In this document: positions 19,095 to 28,450 of the stretch, piece after piece | How positions within the stretch are numbered: position 1 is the stretch's first letter | How the letters are laid out: each line of letters begins with the position of its first letter | Source of the DNA: Candidatus Parcubacteria bacterium | GTDB taxonomy: Bacteria > Patescibacteriota > Patescibacteriia > Patescibacteriales > UBA12075 | Direction of reading: 5' to 3' | DNA: 64,000 nt | NCBI GenBank assembly: GCA_963814275.1 | Contig: CAWFCE010000002.1 | Location: 1,067,263 to 1,131,262, forward strand | Notes under the pieces: model-generated | Told to the model about the DNA's origin: nothing | Database searches by the model: none | What the model saw: the letters and a program-made list of their open reading frames with translations, nothing else | Translations under genes and position numbers: made by a program

Positions 19095-21800
19095 ATGCAG
19101 AGAACTCACAATAAAGTGTCTTTCGTAAACGAAGCTAGCCGGCCATCGCCTTTTTTGGTTGACCTGAAAGACAGCACGAACGAACCGGAAAATATCAATA
19201 TTTCTTTTTCCTGGAAGCAGCGAATCCGGGAATTTTTTATTCACAAAAATCGTGAAAACACCGATCGGACAATGGAATCCGGCCTTAAGCGGATGTCCAA
19301 AAATCATCGGACAATCAATAATGATCTCAACTTATTAAGCGCATTTGCCGGCCATCGGGGCGGGGAGCGAAAAATCGACCAAGACAACATCGACGATCCA
19401 GGCTATAGCTTCGGACCAGGCTTGTCGAAAGAGAGTTATCGCCGCTTGTTCATCTATCCGATTATAATCGTGATTTTCCGGATAATTTTTTATCTAAGCC
19501 GGCCGCTTACGCTTTTGGGCCGGCTTATTTATTATCCTCTTAAACAAATTGCCAGGATAACAGGAGAAAAATCCACCAGCCAGCCCGGCCAAGCGGCTTT
19601 TTATGGCCGCAAATCGATCCCGAATATCGAAAAGCCCAGCATGCCCGAAGACAATTCGCCCGATAGCGCTGAGGAGCCCTTGCCCCAGGCGGAAGAACCG
19701 GCCATTACCGGCAAAGGCAGCGCAGAGCTTACTGCTTTGTCGGAGTTGCTTTTCGACAATGAGTCTTTTGCCAGGCCGCGACGGATGAAACCTATTTTTG
19801 TCTTGGCCGTTATAATGTTCTTGATAATATTACCCCTTAAGGGAATTTCCCTTTATCCATCCCTGCGCGACTGGCAGGGGCGTGTTCTGGGCGTCACCGA
19901 AAGCGCGGCCCAGGAATTGATTCGCGGCGGCGATTTATTGAAGCAAGAGGATTTTACCGCGGCTATTGATCGATTTTCCGCCGCCCAGAACGGTTTTCAC
20001 GAGGTCAGCCGGCAAATATCCCTGATCAGCAAAGCAGCATCGTTTATCGGCGAGCTTCTGCCATCCGACAAACTGCGGCTGGCGGACACGGCCGATGATA
20101 TCGCATTAAGCGGAGAACTATCCGCCCGGATCGCCGGACGGCTGGGGGAGACCTTGAGCATGATCGATCAGCACGGGAATGAGCTGCCCGCTCTTCTGCC
20201 CGAATTCGAGAAGCAAGTCCTGGAGCTTAAAGTATTGGCCGGACAACTCCTCGAAGCAAGCGAGGGCATCGATGAAAATGCGATACCAGATGAATATAAG
20301 GCACAGATCAAGCTGTTGAAGGCCGCGGCCCAGCAATCGGTCCTCGGGATCGACCGGCTGTATGCCGTCATCTCATTAGCCGGAGAAATGGCCGGCTTTG
20401 ACTATGACCGGCGCTATTTAGCGGTGTTCCAGAACAATACAGAAATGCGCGGCAGCGGCGGCTTCATTGGCAGCTATGCCCTGATCGATATCCGCAATGG
20501 GCAAGTACAAAGCTGGGAAGCACCCGGCGGTGGAAGCTATGATACCGAAGGCGGGTTATCGGCGCTGGTTAAGGCTCCGGAACCGCTTTGGCTGGTCAAT
20601 CCGCTTTGGCATTTTTGGGATGCCAATTGGTGGCCGGATTGGCGAATGAGCGCGCAAAAACTGATGTGGTTTCTGGAAAAAAGCGGCGGACCTACGGTCG
20701 ACGGCGTTATTGCCCTGACGCCAACCGTAATGGAGCGAATATTGACGGCGATCGGGCCGATCGATCTGGATAGTGAAGAATATGGCGTTACTCTGACAGC
20801 CGAAAATTTCTGGCCGATCGTCCAGTCGATAACCGAAGCTAAGCCGCCTGCGGCAGCGGCTACTTCTTCACTGGCAACAACAACGGAGCCGGCGAAGTTG
20901 GCCCCGAAAAAGATAATAGGAGATTTAATCGAGAAAATAATGGCGGTCTTGCCGGAACGCCTGAACAGTCAAACTATGCTCTCACTGATGTCCGCGCTCG
21001 AAAGCAGCCTGGTCGAAAAGCAAGTTTTATTGTACGCGCCAGACCAAAGTATCGAGCAAAAAATATGCAGTCTGGGCTGGGGCGGAGAAGTAATCGATAC
21101 AAGCGGGGATTACCTTATGGTAGTGAACAGCAATATTGCCGGTGGAAAAACGGACAAAGTGATAAAGAACGATTATAAGCTCGAATCCAGCATAAACGCC
21201 AACGGAGAGATCCTGAATCGTCTATCCGTGGTCCGGGCCCATAGCGGTGTCAAAGGCGATGAGTTTACCGGAGTACGTAATGTCAACTGGCTGCGGGTTT
21301 ATGTTCCGCTGGGCAGCGAGCTTGTCTCCGCCAGCGGTTTCCGGCCACCGGATGAGTCATTTATCGAAAACCCAGACCAGGATTGGCAAGAGGACCCCGA
21401 GCTTATGGCCGGAGAAGACCGGCCCGGACAAAATTCCGGAGATGCAAAAATCTACGAAGAAAACGGCAAAACCGTATTTGCCGGGTGGACTATGGTCGAC
21501 CCGGGACAAACCGAAACCACGGTCTTTACCTATAAAATACCTTTTAGCATAAAAGCCGGCGAACCCGATGGAAATACGGCAAACCCGCCCGCGGAAGCGA
21601 ACAAATATTCGCATAGCTTATTGGTGCAAAAACAGCCGGGAGCGACCAATACCGGATTTTCGTATAGCCTCGCATTACCGAACGGGCTAGAGCCTACCTG
21701 GATTTATGGTGGATTAAAGCCTGTTGCAGCCTCGCTTACAGCGGACCGCAGCCTTGATAAGGATTTTATTCTGGCGGCGGAATTCGAACATCGGCCGTAA
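19095..21800 (+). CDS. DUF4012 domain-containing membrane-anchored protein
   Basis: 901 aa. FQNNTEMRGSGGFIGSYALIDIRNG resembles the signature of the DUF4012 family as I recall it. Has N-terminal TM segments. Confidence 0.65.
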   Translation: MQRTHNKVSFVNEASRPSPFLVDLKDSTNEPENINISFSWKQRIREFFIHKNRENTDRTMESGLKRMSKNHRTINNDLNLLSAFAGHRGGERKIDQDNIDDPGYSFGPGLSKESYRRLFIYPIIIVIFRIIFYLSRPLTLLGRLIYYPLKQIARITGEKSTSQPGQAAFYGRKSIPNIEKPSMPEDNSPDSAEEPLPQAEEPAITGKGSAELTALSELLFDNESFARPRRMKPIFVLAVIMFLIILPLKGISLYPSLRDWQGRVLGVTESAAQELIRGGDLLKQEDFTAAIDRFSAAQNGFHEVSRQISLISKAASFIGELLPSDKLRLADTADDIALSGELSARIAGRLGETLSMIDQHGNELPALLPEFEKQVLELKVLAGQLLEASEGIDENAIPDEYKAQIKLLKAAAQQSVLGIDRLYAVISLAGEMAGFDYDRRYLAVFQNNTEMRGSGGFIGSYALIDIRNGQVQSWEAPGGGSYDTEGGLSALVKAPEPLWLVNPLWHFWDANWWPDWRMSAQKLMWFLEKSGGPTVDGVIALTPTVMERILTAIGPIDLDSEEYGVTLTAENFWPIVQSITEAKPPAAAATSSLATTTEPAKLAPKKIIGDLIEKIMAVLPERLNSQTMLSLMSALESSLVEKQVLLYAPDQSIEQKICSLGWGGEVIDTSGDYLMVVNSNIAGGKTDKVIKNDYKLESSINANGEILNRLSVVRAHSGVKGDEFTGVRNVNWLRVYVPLGSELVSASGFRPPDESFIENPDQDWQEDPELMAGEDRPGQNSGDAKIYEENGKTVFAGWTMVDPGQTETTVFTYKIPFSIKAGEPDGNTANPPAEANKYSHSLLVQKQPGATNTGFSYSLALPNGLEPTWIYGGLKPVAASLTADRSLDKDFILAAEFEHRP

Positions 21801-21844
21801 ATAATTAATCCAGGCATTTTTTAAATATTCGCTATTATCAATAT

Positions 21845-24304
21845 ATGGTGTATTTATATATAATAATCCTGATCGCGGCTCTCTCTGCGGCAATGCTTAT
21901 TGCCCGCAGAATAGTGAAGGCAATCTGGCAAAAGACGGCCTACCACTCGCACATGGTCTATCTGGTACGATTGCCGAAGGATAAGCCGGGAGACGAAAAA
22001 AAGGAATCAACGATCCAGGAGCTTAAAGAGGATATCGGAAAAGGTGAAACAATTTTTGCCGCTATCGGCGGCTTGCGCGCCCAGCGGGGGATCAGGGCCT
22101 GGTGGCGCGGGCGCGACGACCATTATTCCTTCGAAATCGTGGCCAGCAAAAAAAAGATCGCCTGGTATATCGTCGCCCCTCGGGCGGCAGCGCGCTATCT
22201 GGAACAGCAGGTTCACGCCTATTATCCCGATGCCGTGATCGAAGAGGTGCGGGATTATAACATATTCCACCCCCAGACGACCGTCAAAGCCGGCTATCTT
22301 ACCACCAGACGGCACTATCTCTTTCCGATCAAGAGCTATGAGAAGCAAGAAGCCGATCCGATGAATTCGATCATCAACGTCCTGAGCAAGCTCGACGAAA
22401 ACGAAGCCCTGGCGATCCAGTTCACGGTCCGCAGCGCGTACGCTTCGTGGCATAGCGCGGGTCAGGGAGTAGGACGGCTGATGCTGCAAGGCAAGACTGT
22501 GCGGGAGGCGGTCAGGGTCTGCTCCCGGAACCCGGTCATGGCTGCCATATCCGACTTATGGGCTGCAGCCAAACCGCCGAATCCCCGCGAAAAGCAATTA
22601 CAACAATACCAGCAAACGCCGCGGCTTACACAGATGGAAGAAGAAATGCTGAAAGGCATCGAGGAAAAGAATTCCAAAGCCGGCCTTGATGTTAATTTGC
22701 GTATTATCGTCAGCGCCGCCAATGCCGGAAACGCGCAAATATACCTGGAAAATCTTGCTTCTGCTTTCAGCCAGTATAATTTATACGAATATGGCAATAG
22801 TTTTATCAATAAAATAAGGATTGGAAACCAAAAACGCTTACTGCAGGATTTCATTTACCGGCGCTTCAACGAAAAAATCTCTTTTCTTCTCAATACCGAG
22901 GAGCTGGCCAGTCTATATCATTTTCCCCTGAAAGAAACTGAAATCCCCAATATCCTGTGGCTGACGGCAAAGCATGGCGCGGTACCGAGCAATATTCCGG
23001 AAGAAGGCATCGTACTTGGACGGAACATATACCGCGGGCGCGAACAGCTTATCCGCATCAAGCGCCCCGACCGCCGCCGGCATACATATGTGATCGGTAA
23101 ATCCGGCACAGGCAAGTCTTTCCTTTTGTCCAGTATGGCGATTCAGGATATCATTAACGGTGAAGGCGTATGCGTCATCGATCCGCACGGCGATTTGATC
23201 CAGGACATCATAGCCCGCATCCCGCCGCAGCGCGCCGAAGATGTGATCCTATTCTCACCGGCTGACATCGAAAGGCCCCTGGCTTTGAATTTGATGGAAT
23301 TCGATGCGCGCTACCCCGAACAAAAAACTTTCGTCATCAATGAGATGATCAGGATATTCGATAAGCTCTACGACCTCAAGTCGACCGGCGGACCGATTTT
23401 CGAACAGTACATGCGCAATGCGATGTTGCTGATAATGTCCGATCCCGCATCCGGTTCGACACTTATGGAAATACCGAAAGTATTGGCTGATCCCGCTTTC
23501 CGGAAAATGAAGCTGGAGCGCTGCAGCGATCCCACGGTAGTTGATTTCTGGAAGAAGGAAGCGGAAAAGGCCGGTGGAGACGCGGCTTTAGCTAATGTCG
23601 TGCCTTATGTGACCTCCAAGCTGACACAATTCATATCCAACGATACGATGCGGCCGATCATTGCCCAGCAAAAAAGCTCATTTAATTTCCGGGATATTAT
23701 GGACCGGAAAAAAATACTTCTGGTTGATCTGCAAAAAGGCTTGGTTGGAGAGATGAACGCATTCCTACTCGGCATGATACTGGTCGGCAAGATCCTGATG
23801 TCAGCCTTGTCGCGGACAGACATGCCGAGCGAAGAGCGCTGCGATTTCTATCTGTATATCGATGAATTCCAGAATTTTACCACCGACTCTATCTGTTCCA
23901 TTCTGTCGGAAGCGCGCAAATACAACCTTAACCTCATCTTGGCACACCAATATATCGGGCAGCTGGTTAAGGGACAGGACAGCAGTATCAAAGATGCTAT
24001 CTTCGGCAATGTAGGGACAATAATGTCCTTCAAGATCGGTTCCGAAGATGCCCAGGCGCTGGAAAAAGAGTTCAGTCCTGTATTCAACCAATATGACCTT
24101 ATTAACATTGAAAAATACACGGCCTACGTCAAGCTATTGATCGACAATACCGCCAGCCGCCCCTTTTCCATGGGCACGATCGCGCCCCTACCAGGAATTA
24201 TGCTTCCCGGTTTGCCGCAAAAGATCAAGACTTTGTCCCGACTCAAATTCGGCCAAGACCGGCAGATAGTCGAAGCGGAGATCAGAAGAAGGGCAGCTAT
24301 CTGA
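21845..24304 (+). CDS. membrane-anchored P-loop ATPase of the VirD4/TraD-HerA-FtsK type
   Basis: N-terminal TM YLYIIILIAALSAAMLIA. Walker A VIGKSGTGKSFLL, Walker B FYLYIDEFQNF, and LILAHQYIGQL. Confidence 0.7.
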   Translation: MVYLYIIILIAALSAAMLIARRIVKAIWQKTAYHSHMVYLVRLPKDKPGDEKKESTIQELKEDIGKGETIFAAIGGLRAQRGIRAWWRGRDDHYSFEIVASKKKIAWYIVAPRAAARYLEQQVHAYYPDAVIEEVRDYNIFHPQTTVKAGYLTTRRHYLFPIKSYEKQEADPMNSIINVLSKLDENEALAIQFTVRSAYASWHSAGQGVGRLMLQGKTVREAVRVCSRNPVMAAISDLWAAAKPPNPREKQLQQYQQTPRLTQMEEEMLKGIEEKNSKAGLDVNLRIIVSAANAGNAQIYLENLASAFSQYNLYEYGNSFINKIRIGNQKRLLQDFIYRRFNEKISFLLNTEELASLYHFPLKETEIPNILWLTAKHGAVPSNIPEEGIVLGRNIYRGREQLIRIKRPDRRRHTYVIGKSGTGKSFLLSSMAIQDIINGEGVCVIDPHGDLIQDIIARIPPQRAEDVILFSPADIERPLALNLMEFDARYPEQKTFVINEMIRIFDKLYDLKSTGGPIFEQYMRNAMLLIMSDPASGSTLMEIPKVLADPAFRKMKLERCSDPTVVDFWKKEAEKAGGDAALANVVPYVTSKLTQFISNDTMRPIIAQQKSSFNFRDIMDRKKILLVDLQKGLVGEMNAFLLGMILVGKILMSALSRTDMPSEERCDFYLYIDEFQNFTTDSICSILSEARKYNLNLILAHQYIGQLVKGQDSSIKDAIFGNVGTIMSFKIGSEDAQALEKEFSPVFNQYDLINIEKYTAYVKLLIDNTASRPFSMGTIAPLPGIMLPGLPQKIKTLSRLKFGQDRQIVEAEIRRRAAI

Positions 24305-24507
24305 AACGGGAACACGTAAACACCCGAACACCTGAGCACACGGCCGATAATGTAGTTACAGCCATAATCGCCAGCGCCTTGCCGTCTACGAGCTTTAGTG
24401 CCCTTGTGTTGCCCAGTTTACAAACCCCAAAAAATAATATAAACTATAATAAAGACTTAAAGTAAAATAAATACTTTCAAATATAAACTAACATTAAACA
24501 AAAAAGT

Positions 24508-25173
24508 ATGGGGAAGTCAGAAAACCAAGACCCAAAAATCCATGATGACCTGGATCCGCCAATTCCGGATGGAGAAGAAATGTCCGAAAAAAGCGAAAAT
24601 GAAAATACCCAGGATATCACGATAAACGCGTCAAAAATCGTATTGGTCAAAAAACTACTCGAAAATATCAAAGAAAATACCGAAAGGATCAACCAGCTGA
24701 TTTTTGCGAACGTGGATGAGGAGCAGATCTCCCGGATTTCCATCGGCCAAATGTCGGATCTCATAACTCCGGCGGAAAGCAGCACCGAAGAGGCCGGCGG
24801 ACGGATAATCGAAGGCGTATTTGACGGGGAAAACATGATCGGTCCTGACGGCAAACAATACAGCGTCCCGGCCAATTATGCTTCCAAATCCAAACTAGTG
24901 GAAGGCGACATACTCAAATTGACCATTACCCAGAGTGGAACTTTCGTTTATAAGCAGATCGGTCCGATCGAACGCCGGCGAATCGTCGGCATGCTCGAGC
25001 AGTCAGCCAGCGGCAATTTTACGGTTGATTCCGACAATAAGAAATGGCGAGTTCTGACCGCCAGCGTGACGTATTTCAAAGGCCAGGCGGGTGATGAAGT
25101 TGTGATTCTGATACCGAAAACCGGAGAAAGCAAATGGGCGGCAGTCGAGAACATTGTGAAGAATCCCGAATAG
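24508..25173 (+). CDS. hypothetical protein with an acidic N-terminus and a conserved-looking C-terminal beta domain
   Basis: 221 aa with its own terminator at 25194-25220. Flanked by long inverted simple-repeat arms. Confidence 0.5.
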   Translation: MGKSENQDPKIHDDLDPPIPDGEEMSEKSENENTQDITINASKIVLVKKLLENIKENTERINQLIFANVDEEQISRISIGQMSDLITPAESSTEEAGGRIIEGVFDGENMIGPDGKQYSVPANYASKSKLVEGDILKLTITQSGTFVYKQIGPIERRRIVGMLEQSASGNFTVDSDNKKWRVLTASVTYFKGQAGDEVVILIPKTGESKWAAVENIVKNPE

Positions 25174-25193
25174 ATCCACTATATATATGAGAA

Positions 25194-25220
25194 AAAATCC
25201 CACGCAGGTGGGGTTTTTAT
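25194..25220 (+). terminator. intrinsic terminator
   Basis: atcccac-gcag-gtggggt followed by ttttt. Confidence 0.55.
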
Positions 25221-25405
25221 TTGAAAACAAGCTAACATCAGACACCTTGGCGCCGAAAAATGAAAAAAACTAATTAATAAAGTTTTGGATATAGCTGCTG
25301 GCCATCAGGTGTTCCGGTGTTCAAGTGTTCTCGTGCTTAGTGAGTGCGTCTTGATTATTACTGGAATACGGATATAATACATACATAAGAATAACTGTAT
25401 AAAAT

Positions 25406-27046
25406 ATGGCAACCCTATACCGAAAATATCGTCCCCAGAACTGGGAAGAAGTGGTAAACCAGAACCATATCAAAGTAACCCTGACCCAGGAGATCGCCGC
25501 GTCGCGGACCGCCCACGCCTACCTGTTCAGCGGACCGCGCGGTGTCGGCAAGACCACAATAGCGCGCGTTCTGGCGAAATCCGTTAATTGCGAAAATATC
25601 CAAGCGGGACAATATGAGCCGTGCGGAAAATGCTCTTCCTGCCGCGAAGTTACGAGCGGACGGGATCTCGACATTATCGAGATAGACGCCGCCTCCCATA
25701 CCGGAGTCGATAATGTACGGGAAAATATCATTGCCGCCGCCCGGATTTCGCCCAGCCGGGGGAAATACAAGGTGTTTATAATCGACGAGGTCCACATGCT
25801 TTCGATCTCGGCATTTAACGCTCTTCTGAAGATATTGGAAGAACCGCCATCATCCGTAATATTCGTGCTATGCACGACCGAGGTGCACAAAATCCCCACG
25901 ACGATAATTTCCCGCTGTGAACGCTTCGATTTCAAACGGATCAATGTCAGTGATCTTGTCAAAAAGCTCACTTTTATCGTCCGCAAAGAGAATATCAAAG
26001 TCGACAAAAAGATCCTCGAAGCCATTGCCCGCCACAGCGAAGGTCATATGCGCGACGCCGAAAGCCTCTTGGGGCAAGTAGTGGCGATCGGTGGCGCGGA
26101 AATATCCCAGACCGAAGCGGACCTGGTGATCCCCAGGAGCGATATCAATGAGGTCCTTAACCTTCTGGAGGCTTTGACCCGGCACGATGCCGCTTCCGCC
26201 ATCGAACTGGTGAACAAACTTATCGATGAGGGGCTGGATTTGAAGCGCTTTTTGACGGACTTTCTGGAGATGATGAGAAAATTACTGCTTATCAAAATAA
26301 ACCCGACGCTGGTCGACCGGCTGGGGCTGGAAATGGGGGAACAACTGCAGTCACGCCTAAAAACCGTCAGCGATTCAACCTCGATACCGGCCGTGATCAG
26401 AACTATAGAAGAATTCCAAAAAGCCAAAAATTCTTTAACCAGCTCGTTCATCAGCCAGCTTCCGCTGGAGATCGCGATCGTCCGGCTTTGTTCGAATGAA
26501 CCCGAGTCCCATCCTGAACCTACCCGGCCGATTCCGCCCAGGGCCATTGCGCCGGAGCCGAACACAGCGCCAAGGAATATCACCCCAGCACCGAATAACA
26601 CCAGCGGTCAGGTAATAAGGAAAGAAGATATCATGTCCAAGTGGCATGAAGTACTGGCCAAGATCAAGCAATATAACCATTCCCTCTCTTTCATCCTGCG
26701 GGTCTGCGAGCCGAAAACCGTAAATGGCAATCAGCTTTGCCTGGCCTTCAAGTACAAGTTCCATAACGACCGCATGAAAGATATGAACATCCGTACGGTT
26801 ATCGAAAAGGTGCTCAACGAAGTCTACGGCCAGCCGCTTACCATCGAATCGGTGATCGACGAAACGATCACCACACCGACCGATAAGCCGGCTCCGCTTG
26901 CCGAGATCAAGATCGAGCCGGCAATCGGCACTAACGAACCTGTACCGGAGCAGGGGAGCGGAGACAAAAAAGACGAACCGCCGAAAGGCGACGATAATAT
27001 GATCGACAACTTGCTCAAAACTTTCGGCGGAAAAGTAATATCGTAG
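25406..27046 (+). CDS. dnaX: DNA polymerase III subunit gamma/tau
   Basis: MATLYRKYRPQNWEEVVNQNHI...FSGPRGVGKTT...CGKCSSC...IIDEVHMLS. Confidence 0.9.
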   Translation: MATLYRKYRPQNWEEVVNQNHIKVTLTQEIAASRTAHAYLFSGPRGVGKTTIARVLAKSVNCENIQAGQYEPCGKCSSCREVTSGRDLDIIEIDAASHTGVDNVRENIIAAARISPSRGKYKVFIIDEVHMLSISAFNALLKILEEPPSSVIFVLCTTEVHKIPTTIISRCERFDFKRINVSDLVKKLTFIVRKENIKVDKKILEAIARHSEGHMRDAESLLGQVVAIGGAEISQTEADLVIPRSDINEVLNLLEALTRHDAASAIELVNKLIDEGLDLKRFLTDFLEMMRKLLLIKINPTLVDRLGLEMGEQLQSRLKTVSDSTSIPAVIRTIEEFQKAKNSLTSSFISQLPLEIAIVRLCSNEPESHPEPTRPIPPRAIAPEPNTAPRNITPAPNNTSGQVIRKEDIMSKWHEVLAKIKQYNHSLSFILRVCEPKTVNGNQLCLAFKYKFHNDRMKDMNIRTVIEKVLNEVYGQPLTIESVIDETITTPTDKPAPLAEIKIEPAIGTNEPVPEQGSGDKKDEPPKGDDNMIDNLLKTFGGKVIS

Positions 27047-27518
27047 TTAAAAACTTTACATATACAAAAACAGCCATACAGGCTGTTTTTATATATGGGA
27101 CAAGTTTACATTCCAAAGTCAAACAGTACTTATAATAATTTACTTTTGCTTCTGCCGGCTCTTCCAAGCTGTTGTAATCGATTAATATTTCTTCCCCGGC
27201 CATAATATCTCTGAATGCATACCAATTATAGTTCTGATGGTGTGCGTTTGGATTTTTTGAATGGTTCAAATACCATCCTACCGGCATTTGTCCGAAATCC
27301 TCCGGACACACCAGTTCATCACCCCTGTTCATGCAATAATCATGGAATGGCGCGGGAATGTCATTTGTTTTTAATATTCTAATCCTGTTTTCGAATAACT
27401 TCTCATTACCAAACAGTCGCAAGTATGTTCCTTTGGCAATGTCGTGCACGGCAAAAACCCCGACCCCATGGTTTGACGGCTTGAGAATAAAAGAAAATTC
27501 GTTTGTTTGCTTTTTCAT
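27015..27518 (-). CDS. SET domain-containing protein (putative lysine methyltransferase)
   Basis: GVGVFAVHDIAKGTYL, NHSKNPNA (NHSCxPN-like) and GEEILIDYN (ELxxDY-like). The 3' end overlaps the dnaX end and its terminator. Confidence 0.7.
   Translation of the reverse strand: MKKQTNEFSFILKPSNHGVGVFAVHDIAKGTYLRLFGNEKLFENRIRILKTNDIPAPFHDYCMNRGDELVCPEDFGQMPVGWYLNHSKNPNAHHQNYNWYAFRDIMAGEEILIDYNSLEEPAEAKVNYYKYCLTLECKLVPYIKTACMAVFVYVKFLTTILLFRRKF
27066..27092 (+). terminator. intrinsic terminator after dnaX
   Basis: aaaaacagcc-ataca-ggctgttttt. Confidence 0.6.
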
Positions 27519-27750
27519 ATTATTTGTATTAACTATTATAAATATTTTAACAAAATGTAAGTTGAATGTCTATAAATAAAAAAGGCAGATAAAGTCAGAA
27601 GAATATTCCATACTTTATCTGCCTCTGCCGACCGCCCCGCGCTGAATAAGCATCAGGATTACCAATTTAGAGTATAAACAGGTAGCAAGTCAGCTTTTAA
27701 CAGACAACCCTACGACCAAAATCGTAGATTTATACTGTCTGTTTCATAAA

Positions 27751-28137
27751 CTATTTCGAAATCAATTGTCTCGAGCTAGAATTCCTGGTTAATATTTCCC
27801 ATTCCCGGTTTTCTGTTACTTGTTGCCAGTGATGGAAATAACCGTTAACTTGCCACCATCTGTTTCCTTCAAAAGGGCAGACATGCAGTCGGTCATTACA
27901 AGTCCCGTTAATCGGGACGGCTGGCTGGGTGCCAGAGCTGTTTCTCAAGCTATTACAATTATAGCAAAATGGGTCACAGGCGGTTTTAGCTAAATCTTTT
28001 GCCGCCTGATCTTTGTCAAAGGAATGGGCATGCGTACCGCATCTTCGACACACGACCATAAATCTCCCGTTGACATCTTTTTGATCAAGTAATTCTGCCT
28101 GCTCATGAGGCCCGACTTCTACCATTGGGGTATCCAT
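27751..28137 (-). CDS. Cys/His/Trp-rich hypothetical protein
   Basis: 128 aa with CRRCGTHAH, CDPFCYNC and CNDRLHVC. No family recognised. Confidence 0.35.
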   Translation of the reverse strand: MDTPMVEVGPHEQAELLDQKDVNGRFMVVCRRCGTHAHSFDKDQAAKDLAKTACDPFCYNCNSLRNSSGTQPAVPINGTCNDRLHVCPFEGNRWWQVNGYFHHWQQVTENREWEILTRNSSSRQLISK

Positions 28138-28377
28138 ATCGTCTCCTTTCGTTTTTTATTTTTATACAACGATTAACTATTTTTGCATAATTTAGATAAA
28201 TATTCAAGTAATAATCAAGCTAATAAATAAAAAAAATGAAAAAAATAATTTATTTTTCACCATTTTTATTCAAACAGAATTAATGTTTTGTTCAATTTTA
28301 GCAATTACCGGATTGACTTATTAACAATTTTATTGTAATATCTAAAAAGCCACGTTTAGTGGTTAATTTTTATTAAT

Positions 28378-28448
28378 TCGGGGATCGTCTAGTGGTAGGA
28401 CACCAGGTTCTGGCCCTGGCAACCTTGGTTCGAATCCAGGTCCCCGAG
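28378..28448 (+). tRNA. tRNA-Gln (anticodon CTG at 28410-28412)
   Basis: Hand-folded cloverleaf. Acceptor TCGGGGA/TCCCCGA (U1-A72), discriminator G. D arm GTCT-AGTGGTA-GGAC. Anticodon arm CCAGG-TTCTGGC-CCTGG. T arm CTTGG-TTCGAAT-CCAGG. CCA is not encoded. Confidence 0.85.
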
Positions 28449-28450
28449 CA

